Shown piece by piece: positions 20,144 to 30,559 of a stretch of DNA of 64,000 nt. Numbering within the stretch: position 1 is the first letter of the stretch; each line of letters opens with the position of its first letter. Source of the stretch: Thermoanaerobaculia bacterium (GTDB taxonomy: Bacteria; Acidobacteriota; Thermoanaerobaculia; UBA2201; DAOSWS01); contig DAOSWS010000005.1 of assembly GCA_035593605.1 (NCBI GenBank), positions 52,834-116,833 of the forward strand, read 5' to 3'. The translations under genes and the position numbers were made by a program. Below the pieces are notes generated by a model. It ran no database searches, was not told where the DNA came from, and was given only the letters and a program-made list of their open reading frames with translations.

Positions 20144-21418
20144 TCAACTTCCGCCGGACGGATAGGTCAATAGAGCTTCGTAGAGATTCCCGGGACGAAA
20201 CTTCGCATAAACCGTAACGTCGCCGGAAGTGAGGCGGACTTTCCCCTCGAAGAGTTCTCCACGCTGAACCAGAAAATGCCGTTTTGCCCCGGAAAGGACG
20301 ATAACTTCCATGGCTTCGGGAATAAAAATCTTGAAGTTTTGAGTTGTGTGGCCTGCCAGAGGAGCAAAGAAAGGAGAAATCAGCCGGGCCGCATGGGTGT
20401 GAAATGGCTCGAAATCCAGGGGAAAACGGCGATCTGCTGGTTTATCCGGGGAGGCTTCGATCCGGTAGTCCAGGGTCCATTCAAGGATACCGGAACTGTC
20501 CCGGGGGCGTGAGAAGATGCGCAGGGTAAATACTCCGACATGAGGGGGGAGAACGTGAATATCGTAGCCATCCCGGTTCCTCTGAGAAAAGATGTACCCT
20601 CGAGCCACTTCCCGATCTCCGGAGAGAAGAGAAGAAGTCAGGATGATTTCTTCGGGTACGCGAAGGTGTAATAAGAGCTGGTCCGAAACGCGGAGACTGG
20701 CTGAAGTATGACTGTCCAGTTCAATCCCGTAATGAAATAAAGGTGGTTTGACATAGACAAAGCGCTCAAACTCCTCCCTTGTCACGGGGGGAGTAAGGAG
20801 CTGCCATGCCGGATCTTCGGGAAAGTGGGTCAGGATGAGGGCTTCCGGTCTGGCAAGAAAATAAAAATCTTCAAATCTCCGAACATAGGTTCCCGTTTCA
20901 TCCAGATACCCCGATCCCCATGTGACATCGATGAGCTTCCAGGCTCCATCGATTCGAACGGCATTCCAGGCGTGGTTGGTCTGGTCTTGCGTGGATTGTC
21001 CGACCTGGTATCCGTACCCCTTGGAGAAGCCTCGGATCGTAACGGCCTCCAGTCCTGCCTCCGTCGCCAGGCGCTCAAAGAGATTTGCAAAACCTCCACA
21101 TACAGCTTTGCGCGTCTTCAAAACATCCTCAGCAGACACAGGCAATCTCTGTGAATGTAACAATCCCTCCAGGTCATAGGAAAGGTTGTTCGTGATCCAT
21201 GTGTAAAGGGCCCGGGCCTTTTCATTGTCGTTTTTTGCCGGAGTGATCAGGTAGAAAGCAAGGCTGTCAATTCTCCGGGTAACTTCGGGGGGAGTCCCGG
21301 CGGCCCACTGGTCGATCGCCTGATACTCTCCGGCAGGAAGAGATCCTCCCCACATGATGATCAGGAGGATCATTCCTCTCAGGATGTAGGACATCGTCTT
21401 TTCCGCCTGCATTCGCAC
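20144..21418 (-). CDS. transglutaminase-like (papain-fold Cys protease superfamily) secreted protein
   Basis: Signal peptide. Transglutaminase-core Cys motif (…KAVCGGFANLFERLA…) with downstream His/Asp. 424 aa. Confidence 0.65.
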   Translation of the reverse strand: MRMQAEKTMSYILRGMILLIIMWGGSLPAGEYQAIDQWAAGTPPEVTRRIDSLAFYLITPAKNDNEKARALYTWITNNLSYDLEGLLHSQRLPVSAEDVLKTRKAVCGGFANLFERLATEAGLEAVTIRGFSKGYGYQVGQSTQDQTNHAWNAVRIDGAWKLIDVTWGSGYLDETGTYVRRFEDFYFLARPEALILTHFPEDPAWQLLTPPVTREEFERFVYVKPPLFHYGIELDSHTSASLRVSDQLLLHLRVPEEIILTSSLLSGDREVARGYIFSQRNRDGYDIHVLPPHVGVFTLRIFSRPRDSSGILEWTLDYRIEASPDKPADRRFPLDFEPFHTHAARLISPFFAPLAGHTTQNFKIFIPEAMEVIVLSGAKRHFLVQRGELFEGKVRLTSGDVTVYAKFRPGNLYEALLTYPSGGS

Positions 21419-21530
21419 CTCTGTTCCTGCATTACTCTTTCCCGGATTGACATTGAAATGTCCGGGAAAAGAAATCTGTTATCATCCGCAAGTTCTTAAT
21501 GAGCCAAGTTCAGAAAGTGAGGTTCTTTTC

Positions 21531-22649
21531 ATGAAGATTATACGGTACACCCCCCTGGCCTGGTTTCTTGCCCTTCTGCTGGGGCTGCCTTCCCTGCCGG
21601 TCCTGGCCGGGATGTCCGACCCTGCTGAAGAAGAAATCACGGAAGAAAAGAGTTCAAGCTGGATCGTTCTGCCTGTCCTTTTTCGTACTCCCGAGACGGG
21701 TTTCGCGGCAGGGGTCATGGTAAACCACATCTTTCGCCTCTCACCCGCATACACGGACGGAAAACCCTCCTCTATGTTACCCATGGTCATTTACACGGAA
21801 GAGGAGCAGATGATCGCCCAGATGTTTGCGAATCTTTACCTGGCCAATGACGCTTATTGGATCAGGGGGCATGTCGGATATTATGATTTTCCCTCCCTGT
21901 TTTACGGGATCGGAAATGATACGGAGGAAACGAACGAAGAAGAATATACCTACCGCACTCTTCGGCTGGAGATGTCTTTTCAAAGGAGATTCGCGGACGA
22001 TCTCTATCTGGGCCTGGGGTTCGATTTCAAAGATCACGAACTGCTGGATGTTGAGCAGGGGGGCATTCTGGATCAGGGGGATATCCCCGGTTCGAATGGT
22101 GGAACCATCGGTGGGCTTCTTGCCCTGATGACCTATGATTCCCGCGATCATCACTTCTTCCCCTCCCGGGGCTTCCATGTCGAATTTCGTGCGGGACTTT
22201 TCGATTCGGCTCTGGGAAGTGATTTTCATTACCAGGAGTACAGGCTGGATGCCAGATCCTATCAAACTCTCGCGCCAAGGCATGTCCTTGCACTGCAGCT
22301 CTTTTCGCAAAGTCTCCATGGTTCTGCTCCATTCCAGGAGTACGCTGAAATCGGTGGCCAGTTCCTCCTGAGAGGAATCTATGGAGGACGGTTTCGAGAC
22401 AGGGCATCCCTGGTCGTTCAGGCGGAATATCGCCTTGAACTTGGAAAACGGTGGGGTCTTGCGGCCTTTGCCGGTGCGGGCAGGGTGGGGGAAGATCCAG
22501 GAGATCTGTTCTCCGGGGATTTAAAGATCGCAGGAGGAGGCGGAGTCCGTTACATGGTGAATCGGAAAGAACGAATGTATCTCCGCCTCGATGTCGGATT
22601 CAGTGAAGACGATACCGGTGTCTACCTCTCGATCGGCGAGGCCTTCTGA
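21531..22649 (+). CDS. outer-membrane beta-barrel protein (Omp85/surface-antigen-like barrel)
   Basis: Start moved to ATG 21531 (RBS AAAGTGAGG, signal peptide MKIIRYTPLAWFLALLLGLPSLPVLA). Alternating amphipathic beta strands. C-terminal …IGEAF aromatic terminus. Confidence 0.45.
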   Translation: MKIIRYTPLAWFLALLLGLPSLPVLAGMSDPAEEEITEEKSSSWIVLPVLFRTPETGFAAGVMVNHIFRLSPAYTDGKPSSMLPMVIYTEEEQMIAQMFANLYLANDAYWIRGHVGYYDFPSLFYGIGNDTEETNEEEYTYRTLRLEMSFQRRFADDLYLGLGFDFKDHELLDVEQGGILDQGDIPGSNGGTIGGLLALMTYDSRDHHFFPSRGFHVEFRAGLFDSALGSDFHYQEYRLDARSYQTLAPRHVLALQLFSQSLHGSAPFQEYAEIGGQFLLRGIYGGRFRDRASLVVQAEYRLELGKRWGLAAFAGAGRVGEDPGDLFSGDLKIAGGGGVRYMVNRKERMYLRLDVGFSEDDTGVYLSIGEAF

Positions 22650-22670
22650 ATCTTTATCCCGATTCCCGCA

Positions 22671-24104
22671 TCATTCCGGTTTTCCGGGGGCGATCAGGGA
22701 AATCACCGGGCAGGCCAAAAGGGAGATCATCATTCCGATCGTTCCGGCTTCGGGTGACGGCATGCCCTGAAAATAGAGGATCAGGCAGGTAGCCAGGGCC
22801 GCCAGGGAACCCAGGGTGGCTCCTGCACGGCTTGTTTTTTTCCAGAACAATCCCCAGAGAAAGGGCCCCAGGAAGGCCGACCCGATGGCGCCCCAGGAAA
22901 TCCCCAGGATCGCAACAATGGTTGCGGGCCGCATATAGGCAAGGAGAACGGAAATCAGAATAAAAAAGGCGCTGGCTGCTCGCATGAGGCGGGTCAGGGA
23001 CCGGTCGGATACCTCAGGATTCACGAATCCTGCATAGATGTCTTTGGCGACGGATGAGCTTGAAATCAGGACCAGCGCGGCGAGAGTGGACATCGATGCG
23101 GAGAGGATCAGAAGAAGAATCACGACGGAGAGGGAAGGATGGATGACGTTGGCGAGCAGTTCCGGCATCAGAGCGTCATATACGGGTTTCCCTTCTGCAA
23201 AGGCAGCGGGGGCGGTTTCCGGGCTGAGCAGGACCCGGGTTGTTGCCCCGGTAAAGTAGGCAACGCCGCATACCAGAAGGGCAAAGGCGGTGGAAGCCGA
23301 CATACCAATCCGGATCGCCCGTTCGTCCCGAATGGCGTAGAATTTCTGAATCAGCTGAGGCATGGCCATGGGGGCCACGCTTGTAAGAAACACAAGGGCA
23401 AAGAGCGGCCAGATGCCCGGAGGTCCCACCCATGATGAAAGGTCAGGATGGATGGCGGTCAGGGAAGAAGTTATCGATGCTACGCCCCCCGATTTCTCCA
23501 CGGTACTCCAGAGAAGCACCAGTACACCCACAGACATGATCATCCCGAAGATGACATCGATCATCGTCATCGATCGGTATCCCCCGAGGACGAGGTAGAT
23601 GGCGGTAAAGAGCCCCATGGAAATCATGGCCGCCCCATACTCGATTCCGAAGGTCGAGGTGAAGAGAAATCCCAACCCGATAAAAACCGCCGCACTGTAG
23701 GGAACGAAAAAGACAAAGATACAGAGCGGAGAATAGAGTTTTAGAAACCGGCTCTGGTACCGCTTTTCGAAGAACTCGGGCATGGTTGTGACGCCGTATT
23801 CCGATACCATCCTGCGGACGCGGGGAGCGATGGCCCACCAGACGAGAAGCACCCCGATAAGCGTATTGCCCAGGGCGATCCACAGGCCGGAATATCCGAA
23901 ATTCCATCCGATTTTCCCGGCGAAGCCGATGAAGAGTACGGCGGAAAAATAGGCGGTTCCATAGGTGAAGGCGGTCATCCATGGTCCCACCTTCCCGCCT
24001 CCAAGAAAAAAGTCGGAAAAGGTGCGGGTTTTTCTCAGTCCCATGATCCCGATTACGATAATCATGAGGGCGTACACTGCAAGGACGATCACTTTCAGGG
24101 CCAT
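22671..24104 (-). CDS. sodium:solute symporter family (SSF) transporter
   Basis: About 13 TM helices with SSF-like organisation. 477 aa. Reliable spurious GC-rich ORFs on the opposite strand. Confidence 0.8.
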   Translation of the reverse strand: MALKVIVLAVYALMIIVIGIMGLRKTRTFSDFFLGGGKVGPWMTAFTYGTAYFSAVLFIGFAGKIGWNFGYSGLWIALGNTLIGVLLVWWAIAPRVRRMVSEYGVTTMPEFFEKRYQSRFLKLYSPLCIFVFFVPYSAAVFIGLGFLFTSTFGIEYGAAMISMGLFTAIYLVLGGYRSMTMIDVIFGMIMSVGVLVLLWSTVEKSGGVASITSSLTAIHPDLSSWVGPPGIWPLFALVFLTSVAPMAMPQLIQKFYAIRDERAIRIGMSASTAFALLVCGVAYFTGATTRVLLSPETAPAAFAEGKPVYDALMPELLANVIHPSLSVVILLLILSASMSTLAALVLISSSSVAKDIYAGFVNPEVSDRSLTRLMRAASAFFILISVLLAYMRPATIVAILGISWGAIGSAFLGPFLWGLFWKKTSRAGATLGSLAALATCLILYFQGMPSPEAGTIGMMISLLACPVISLIAPGKPE

Positions 24105-24135
24105 GGGGCACTCCTTAGCGGAAGGGTATGGATGC

Positions 24136-25527
24136 TTAGAATTTCAGGAGACATTCAAAACGGAACCAGTCGTACCCGTCGGCGTCCTGGAAATAATAGT
24201 TGCCGGGGGAGAATCGTTCCCACAACAGGTGGCCGGTAAGATTCCGGGAAAAGGTCAGGTTAAGCTTTGTAATGAAAAGATCACCGCGCGTATGTCCCGA
24301 GCCCCCGGGAAAGGCCTGATCGGGTGGCGCATCTTGCGGCGCGCGGAGATGGTGATAGGTGAAATCCAATCGGGCCCGGGGCGTGAGTGAGAAGGTCAGT
24401 GAACCATAGAGGGAGGCAAAGTTGCTCCAGTAAGCCACCCGGCCGTTGTATTCCCGAATGAACGTGTAGATATAGGATTCACTCCACTTCGGCCAGCGGC
24501 TGAAGATTGGATCCCAGCCCTCCCAGTCCGCTGTGGCAGGATCGTCACCGGACAGATAGATCAATCCAAGGGAGAGCCTGGATGGCCGGATTCCCTTCCT
24601 TCCCGTATCCCACATGAGAGTGGAATAGCCCCCATAGGCTTTACGGTCCTGCTCTCCCAGAGACCCAAACTGGGCGGCCGTCTCGGTCGTCCATGACAAC
24701 GAGGAAGACAGGGGATGAATCCACCGAAGGCCTAATGTGGAAAAATCAGAAGAGAGGGTGTCCGGTTTCCCCTCATCCACCCATTTCTGGATCAGGTACC
24801 CTTCCAGCTTTCCATTAGCCAGGGTTCCAGAATAGTAGGCGCCCAGACCGCGCTCCGGCTGCTCAATCAGAGGTTGGTCCTGCTCATTCAGCAGAGGCAG
24901 CTGATCGTCGGTTTCGGTCTGATCCATGTAGAAAAAGGTCAGGGTGTGGTTACCCTTCTGATCAAGGTGCGCATCGACCCTGGCCGCATTGAAGTAGATC
25001 GATCGAGAGCCGTCGAGGGGATGGCCGTCCATGACCACAAACCCCTCTCCAAGAATGAGATTCTGCCTTCCCAGCGTCAGGGTGAACGGCAAACCGGAGG
25101 GCCTGTTCCAGCGGGCGTACAGGTTGTCAATGAAAATCTCATTGAACGTGAAATCGCGGTTGTCGGGTTTTATGTAATACCGGAATTCGTTGGTTACCTT
25201 CAGGAGAAACTCAAACTTCTCCGACGGCTTCCAGCGGCCCGCAAGGCTGGTAAGGGTCCGCGTGAAGGCCGTATCGCCCTTGGCGCCGGAGTCCAGCATG
25301 ACCGCATTATCCCAGCGGGTCAACCGTACACGTTCCACCAGGTTCAGGGTGAAGGTCGGCGAGGAATAGAGTGCGGGCGGAGCCTCCGCCGTGAGAAGTG
25401 CAGGAATCATACCCAGAAAAAGAGTCGGAAAAATAAGGCATATCTTGTTAAATATCAGTTCTTTAATTTTCATGTGAAAACCGTAACATAGCCTTTCCTC
25501 TTTGTAAAGATGGGAGACAGATGTCAC
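24136..25527 (-). CDS. outer-membrane beta-barrel protein (porin-like), function unknown
   Basis: Signal peptide after an internal Met (MKIKELIFNKICLIFPTLFLGMIPALLTAEA). Strand-rich body. C-terminal …ECLLKF. 4-nt ATGA overlap with the upstream membrane protein gene. Confidence 0.4.
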   Translation of the reverse strand: MTSVSHLYKEERLCYGFHMKIKELIFNKICLIFPTLFLGMIPALLTAEAPPALYSSPTFTLNLVERVRLTRWDNAVMLDSGAKGDTAFTRTLTSLAGRWKPSEKFEFLLKVTNEFRYYIKPDNRDFTFNEIFIDNLYARWNRPSGLPFTLTLGRQNLILGEGFVVMDGHPLDGSRSIYFNAARVDAHLDQKGNHTLTFFYMDQTETDDQLPLLNEQDQPLIEQPERGLGAYYSGTLANGKLEGYLIQKWVDEGKPDTLSSDFSTLGLRWIHPLSSSLSWTTETAAQFGSLGEQDRKAYGGYSTLMWDTGRKGIRPSRLSLGLIYLSGDDPATADWEGWDPIFSRWPKWSESYIYTFIREYNGRVAYWSNFASLYGSLTFSLTPRARLDFTYHHLRAPQDAPPDQAFPGGSGHTRGDLFITKLNLTFSRNLTGHLLWERFSPGNYYFQDADGYDWFRFECLLKF

Positions 25528-26348
25528 GATTCAATCAGCCACAGGCCGAACTGTTTGATCCATGCTCGATACCGGTAGAAGGCCCAGGTGAATCCCAGAG
25601 TCAGAACCGAATAGAAAAAGAAGAGCTGAGCGACAACCGAAAGGTCGACGCGAAGATAAATTTCCGCAAGCTGGCTGAAGTCCATCCAGTGCCCGCCGCC
25701 TTTCGCGGCATTTTCATAGTAATCCCTGAACTGCTCACTGTTGATGAGATCGTGGGCGAAGATGAAGTTCTGGATGTAGAGAAACCATCCACACATTCCG
25801 TAGAGGGGGCGTTCCAGGGGGACCTTGATCCCGGAACCGGAGAGAGCACGATAGAGGAAAAGGCTTCCAAACAGAATCTCCGTGCCGTGGCCCATGAAGA
25901 GGATCAGGGCGTCATGAAATCGTGAGAGGGAAAGGATAAGATGCAGAACGGCCAGGATCGTCAGGGCTCCAAGGAGCCTGCGGAAGGATCTCAGCCCATA
26001 CCCTGCCCCGACATAGACTGCAGCAATCAGAAAGAGGAGGATTGCGCTGCGGCCATGGTGGAAGGAGAGGCCTCCGCCGTATGAAAAGTCAAAGGCAGGA
26101 AATGCGGGATAGCCGAATAGCCAGAAAAAGACGGTATGCCCGAGCTCATGGATCAGGGTGTTGAGATAGTGAAGAATGAATCGAAGGGGAGGAATTGCGG
26201 ACACAATCACCGCAAGAAGAAACCCTGTTCCCAGGGCCTTCAGACCGTCCACCGAGAGGGGAACGGTCCTGGCCTGAAACGAATCCTGAGCAGGAGAGGG
26301 GAAGCGGGTCACACGTTCAGTATAGGTAAGCCGGTGGGGCTGCGTCAA
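25524..26348 (-). CDS. polytopic membrane protein with intramembrane HExxH (putative membrane-embedded metalloprotease)
   Basis: HELGH located inside a predicted TM helix (…LIHELGHTVFFWLFG…), followed by further helices. 274 aa. Family not assignable by eye. Confidence 0.4.
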   Translation of the reverse strand: MTQPHRLTYTERVTRFPSPAQDSFQARTVPLSVDGLKALGTGFLLAVIVSAIPPLRFILHYLNTLIHELGHTVFFWLFGYPAFPAFDFSYGGGLSFHHGRSAILLFLIAAVYVGAGYGLRSFRRLLGALTILAVLHLILSLSRFHDALILFMGHGTEILFGSLFLYRALSGSGIKVPLERPLYGMCGWFLYIQNFIFAHDLINSEQFRDYYENAAKGGGHWMDFSQLAEIYLRVDLSVVAQLFFFYSVLTLGFTWAFYRYRAWIKQFGLWLIES

Positions 26349-26396
26349 ATATCGATGCTTGGGGAACTAATCAACTTTGAAAAGGTCTTACAGTGT

Positions 26397-27335
26397 ATGG
26401 AAGGTAACAGGTCCTTCATTCATACGAGTCGCCCGCTGCCGATTCTACTGCTGACGGTAGTGATTGTTCTGGTCTGGATTATGGTACGAGGATTCATACA
26501 ATCGGAGCGAGTCACTGGAGAATGGGAGGCATTTGTTTCTATGGAGGGTGGGCATGTGGACCACTTTGTCTTTTCCCTCCGCCCATCCTGGAGAGGTTTG
26601 AAGGGGATTGTGCTCAGCTACCGTGATGGCCGGCGGATGCCGGACACCATGGTAAGCCGTATCCAATTCCACGACGATGTTGTGACCTTTCGGGTTCCAT
26701 CCAGTGGTGTTCGTTTTAAAGGAACACTGGATCAGGAAGAGGGTCTGATTTCCGGTGTTCTTTTCAACCCGGACGGATCTTCCCGCCCATTTGATCTCAT
26801 GCGGGTTAGGACCGTCTCAGGAGACCAGACAGGCAGGATCGTCGATTCCGCACCTCCTCCCGGGTATGAAACGCCCATGTTTCGGATTCGGACCCTCACA
26901 CCTGCCGATGCGGAAATCGATTATTTGGCGGTTATGAAAAGCCGCGGCAGGATTCGTCAGATTCTGGGAGGTGACTGGCCTCCTGAGGATTTTTCCGTGC
27001 AAAAAAATCGTCGGGAACTGTCCCGGAAAATGAAGGACATGGAGGAGGGTAGAGCCTATACGTACACCGTGATGACACCGGATGAGAGCCGGGCTCTTGG
27101 TTGCATCTACATTATCCCGGAACGGTACGGCAATGTGGATGCCCACATCTTCTTCTGGGCCGAAGAAGGGGCGTGGCAGGAGGGAATGGAACCCATCCTG
27201 GAGGTGGCCGTAAGGGAGTGGCTGGTCCAGTCCTGGCCCTTTGAAAGAATTGACTTTCCCGGCCGCCATGAAGGAGTGATTCACCTCCGAGACCAGGACA
27301 TTCCCGCGGCGGATCGTCTTATCCCCGTGCGATAA
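26397..27335 (+). CDS. hypothetical membrane-anchored protein
   Basis: Start trimmed to Met 26397 to avoid overlap with the divergent gene. N-terminal TM anchor (LPILLLTVVIVLVWIMV). No confident motif. Confidence 0.35.
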   Translation: MEGNRSFIHTSRPLPILLLTVVIVLVWIMVRGFIQSERVTGEWEAFVSMEGGHVDHFVFSLRPSWRGLKGIVLSYRDGRRMPDTMVSRIQFHDDVVTFRVPSSGVRFKGTLDQEEGLISGVLFNPDGSSRPFDLMRVRTVSGDQTGRIVDSAPPPGYETPMFRIRTLTPADAEIDYLAVMKSRGRIRQILGGDWPPEDFSVQKNRRELSRKMKDMEEGRAYTYTVMTPDESRALGCIYIIPERYGNVDAHIFFWAEEGAWQEGMEPILEVAVREWLVQSWPFERIDFPGRHEGVIHLRDQDIPAADRLIPVR

Positions 27336-27362
27336 AAAACCGCCCCCGGAAAGGGGGCGGTG
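27336..27362. terminator. bidirectional rho-independent terminator
   Basis: CCGCCCCC-GGAAA-GGGGGCGG stem. A-run or T-run (GATAAAAAA) on the side serving the minus-strand operon. Lies between convergent stops 27335(+) and 27393(-). Confidence 0.7.
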
Positions 27363-27392
27363 AAGGTTAATCAATTAATCGGAAGACCTTAC

Positions 27393-29000
27393 CTACATCC
27401 GAAAGATGCCAAACCTGTGGTCCGGAATGGGGGCGTTGAGACTCATCGCGATAGACAATCCCAGAACATCCCGCGTTTCCACCGGGTCAATGATCCCATC
27501 ATCCCACAGACGGGCGGTCGAATAATAACAGGAGGATTCGTAAGCATATTTATCCAGGATGGGTTTGCGGATCTCCTCCATCTCCTCCGGAGCCAGTGTC
27601 TTGCCCTTTGCTTCCAGTTGCTGCTGTTTGACCTGGGCCAGGACGTCTGCTGCCTGCTCGCCTCCCATGACGGATATTTTTGCCGTGGGCCACATGAAGA
27701 GCAGACGGGGAAGGTAGCCGCGGCCGCACATGGCGTAGTTTCCGGCACCGTGGGATGCCCCCACGATTACGGTGAACTTGGGTACCTGGGCCGTCGCAAC
27801 GGCATGGACCATCTTGGCGCCGTCTTTTGCGATCCCCCCGTGCTCGTAATCTTTTCCCACGATAAAACCGGTGATGTTCTGCAGAAAGATCAGGGGAGTT
27901 TTACGAACGGAACACATGGAAATAAAGTGAGCGCCCTTCTGGCTGCTTTCGGAAAAGAGTACCCCGTTGTTGGCAACGATGCCCACGGGGTATCCGTGGA
28001 TTCGTGCGAAGCCGGTTACCAGGGTGGAACCGTAGTAGGGTTTGAACTCGTGAAAGTAGGAGCCGTCGACGAGGCGGGCAATCACTTCCCGAATGTCGAA
28101 GGGTTTTCGAAAGTCCCTTGGCATGATCCCGTAGAGTTCCTCGGGATCGTAATAGGGATCTTCCGGCTCTTCACGATGAAGAGGAAACTTGATCGCCGGA
28201 GGGAGGTTCTCGATGATGTTCCGGGTGATTTCCAGGGCGTGCTCATCGTTCAGGGCATAATGGTCGGATACACCCGAGATCTTGCAGTGCACGTCGGCAC
28301 CGCCAAGTTCTTCGGGGGTGACGTCGACACCGGTGGCAGCCTTTACCAGAGGCGGGCCCCCGATGAAGATGGTCCCCTGTTCCTTCACGATGACTGCCTC
28401 GTCGCTCATGGCGGGAAGATAGGCCCCTCCCGCCGTACAGAATCCAAGAACCGTGGAGATCTGCGAAATGCCCAGGGAAGACATTACGGCCTCATTGTAG
28501 AAAATCCTGCCGAAGTGTTCTTTATCGGGAAATGTGCCGGCCTGTTCGGGAAGGAAAATACCCCCGGAGTCTACCAGATAGACGCAGGGGAGGCGGTTTT
28601 CCTGGGCGATTTCCTGGGCCCGGATATGTTTTTTGATCGTCTCCGGAAAGTAGGTTCCGCCCTTGACCGTCGCATCATTGGCAATCACCATGACTTCGCG
28701 TCCGTTCACGAATCCGATTCCTGTAATCATCCCGGCTGCGGGGGCTTCGTCGTTGTACATGCCATTCGCGGCCAGAGCCGAAAGTTCGAGAAAGGGGGTA
28801 CCGGGATCCAGTAATCGTTCAATTCGGTCCCTGGCCAGCAGCTTTCCCCGGGAAATGTGTTTTTCCCGATGATGAGGCGGTCCACCCTCCCTGGTTCGGT
28901 TCAGGACCTCCAGGTACTGAGTTCTGCGTTCCTGATAGAAATCCCGGTTCGCCCTGAATTCGGCGTCCGAGGTGTTGACGGTTGTCTTAAGCCGAAACAT
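27393..29000 (-). CDS. methylcrotonyl-CoA carboxylase beta-subunit-like carboxyltransferase (acyl-CoA carboxylase CT subunit)
   Basis: Full-length carboxyltransferase. Closely follows the MCCC2/LiuB pattern (…[27 protein letters not shown]…[19 protein letters not shown]…LVDSGG…). 535 aa. Confidence 0.85.
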   Translation of the reverse strand: MFRLKTTVNTSDAEFRANRDFYQERRTQYLEVLNRTREGGPPHHREKHISRGKLLARDRIERLLDPGTPFLELSALAANGMYNDEAPAAGMITGIGFVNGREVMVIANDATVKGGTYFPETIKKHIRAQEIAQENRLPCVYLVDSGGIFLPEQAGTFPDKEHFGRIFYNEAVMSSLGISQISTVLGFCTAGGAYLPAMSDEAVIVKEQGTIFIGGPPLVKAATGVDVTPEELGGADVHCKISGVSDHYALNDEHALEITRNIIENLPPAIKFPLHREEPEDPYYDPEELYGIMPRDFRKPFDIREVIARLVDGSYFHEFKPYYGSTLVTGFARIHGYPVGIVANNGVLFSESSQKGAHFISMCSVRKTPLIFLQNITGFIVGKDYEHGGIAKDGAKMVHAVATAQVPKFTVIVGASHGAGNYAMCGRGYLPRLLFMWPTAKISVMGGEQAADVLAQVKQQQLEAKGKTLAPEEMEEIRKPILDKYAYESSCYYSTARLWDDGIIDPVETRDVLGLSIAMSLNAPIPDHRFGIFRM

Positions 29001-29388
29001 CGGGAACGAACTTGTACCCGTAGCAGAGAACTCCGGATAATCCGGCCTGCTGTATTTTCCGGAATTCGGTCTTCACGGCCATTCCGATAGCTATGGAGTC
29101 GGGATCCACATCAACGAGCTGTGCAAAGATCCGGGCTCCATTTTCCAACTCCACTACAGCCATGGCATAGGGGCTTTCATCGTCAAAGGCGGTGGGTGGT
29201 GTATGGATAACCGTAAAGGTCACAACCTTCCCTTTTCCGGGAAGAGAGGTGGGCGTGAACTCGCGGCCTCCACAGGCGGAACAGACCAGGCGTGGAGGAA
29301 AGAATACCTTACCACAGCCCTTGCAGGCATTGGCTTCCAGTCTGTACCTCTGGGGCTTTTCTCTCCAGATCCTTGCCGAAGTTGTCAT
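28987..29388 (-). CDS. DUF35 zinc-ribbon/OB-fold protein (thiolase-HMGCS scaffold)
   Basis: C4 zinc ribbon ([20 protein letters not shown]) followed by an OB fold. ATG shares ATGA with the thiolase stop (29385-29388). Start chosen at Met 44 of the ORF. Confidence 0.75.
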   Translation of the reverse strand: MTTSARIWREKPQRYRLEANACKGCGKVFFPPRLVCSACGGREFTPTSLPGKGKVVTFTVIHTPPTAFDDESPYAMAVVELENGARIFAQLVDVDPDSIAIGMAVKTEFRKIQQAGLSGVLCYGYKFVPDVSA

Positions 29389-30545
29389 GCGTTCACCTCC
29401 AGAATGTGTACGACGGCGCTTCCACCCGAGCCTCCCATGTTCTGGGCCAGGGCACGCCTGGCTCCCTGTACCTGGCGTTCGCCTGCTTCTCCCCGGAGCT
29501 GGGTGACGAGTTCGCAAATCTGGGCAATGCCGGTCGCGCCGACGGGATGTCCCTTCGATTTGAGGCCGCCCGAAGTGTTAATCGGTTTTTTCCCGCCGAG
29601 TGCGGTGTGTCCTTCGAGCTCAAAGGTGCCGCCCTTTCCACGTTCCGCAAAACCGAGGGCTTCGATCACCATGATTTCTGCGATCGTAAAGCAGTCGTGC
29701 ACTTCCGCGAAATCGATATCTTCTGGGCCGATCCCGGCCATGGTGTACGCCTGCTTCGCGGCCTCCTCTGTCGCATTAAGCCAGAGAAGGTCATCACGCT
29801 GATAGAGGGCGATCGAATCCGTAGCCTGACCCGATCCGGCAATCGTCACAATGGGTTTTTTGCAGATTCTTTTTGCGTTCTCCAGGGTGGTCACGATGCA
29901 GGCCGCCGCACCATCCGTGATCGGGGAACAGTCGAAAAGGTGAAGAGGATGGGCTACCAGCGGGGAGTTGACAACCGTATCTTCGTCGATCGCAAGGCGA
30001 TACTGGGCCCTGGGATTCTTCAATCCGTGGGCATGGTTTTTTATCGCAACCCTTGATAGCATTTGACGGGTCGTCCCGTACGCCGCCATGTGGGCGGTAG
30101 CCATCATGGCATAGAGTCCCGGAAAGGTAACCCCAAGGAAGGACTCGTAATCGGCATCCGCTGCCGTTCCCAGGGCGAAGGTCGCGTCTCCTCCGGAAAC
30201 GTCGGTCATCTTTTCAACGCCGCCCGCTAAGACGATTTCATGCATGCCGGATGCAACGGCGGCGGCCGCACAACGCAGGGCTGCGCCGCCTGAAGCGCAG
30301 GCGGATTCCACTCGTGTTCCGGCAATATACTTTTGCCCGAGGTAATCGGCCATAAGGGATCCGATGTGCTCCTGGTTGTTAAAGAGTCCCGGGCTCATGG
30401 ATCCGACGTAGAGCGCATCAACGTGATCGACGCCCGCATCCTTTACGGCTTCCAGGGAGGCTTCAACAAACAGGTCTCTCAGTGATTTTTCCCACAGTTC
30501 TCCGAACTGTGTCATTCCAATTCCGATAATGGCTATATCTTTCAT
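29385..30545 (-). CDS. thiolase (acetyl-CoA C-acetyltransferase, SCP-x/archaeal type)
   Basis: Thiolase fold with active-site Cys (…[11 protein letters not shown]…) and C-terminal …HDCF…GH…G catalytic residues. 386 aa. Confidence 0.85.
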   Translation of the reverse strand: MKDIAIIGIGMTQFGELWEKSLRDLFVEASLEAVKDAGVDHVDALYVGSMSPGLFNNQEHIGSLMADYLGQKYIAGTRVESACASGGAALRCAAAAVASGMHEIVLAGGVEKMTDVSGGDATFALGTAADADYESFLGVTFPGLYAMMATAHMAAYGTTRQMLSRVAIKNHAHGLKNPRAQYRLAIDEDTVVNSPLVAHPLHLFDCSPITDGAAACIVTTLENAKRICKKPIVTIAGSGQATDSIALYQRDDLLWLNATEEAAKQAYTMAGIGPEDIDFAEVHDCFTIAEIMVIEALGFAERGKGGTFELEGHTALGGKKPINTSGGLKSKGHPVGATGIAQICELVTQLRGEAGERQVQGARRALAQNMGGSGGSAVVHILEVNA

Positions 30546-30559
30546 GACTGTATCCCTTC

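Noticed and set aside
26136-26396. 5' extension of the 399-aa plus-strand ORF
   Set aside because: Would overlap the divergent minus-strand membrane-protein gene by more than 200 nt. A hydrophobic anchor starts right after Met 26397.
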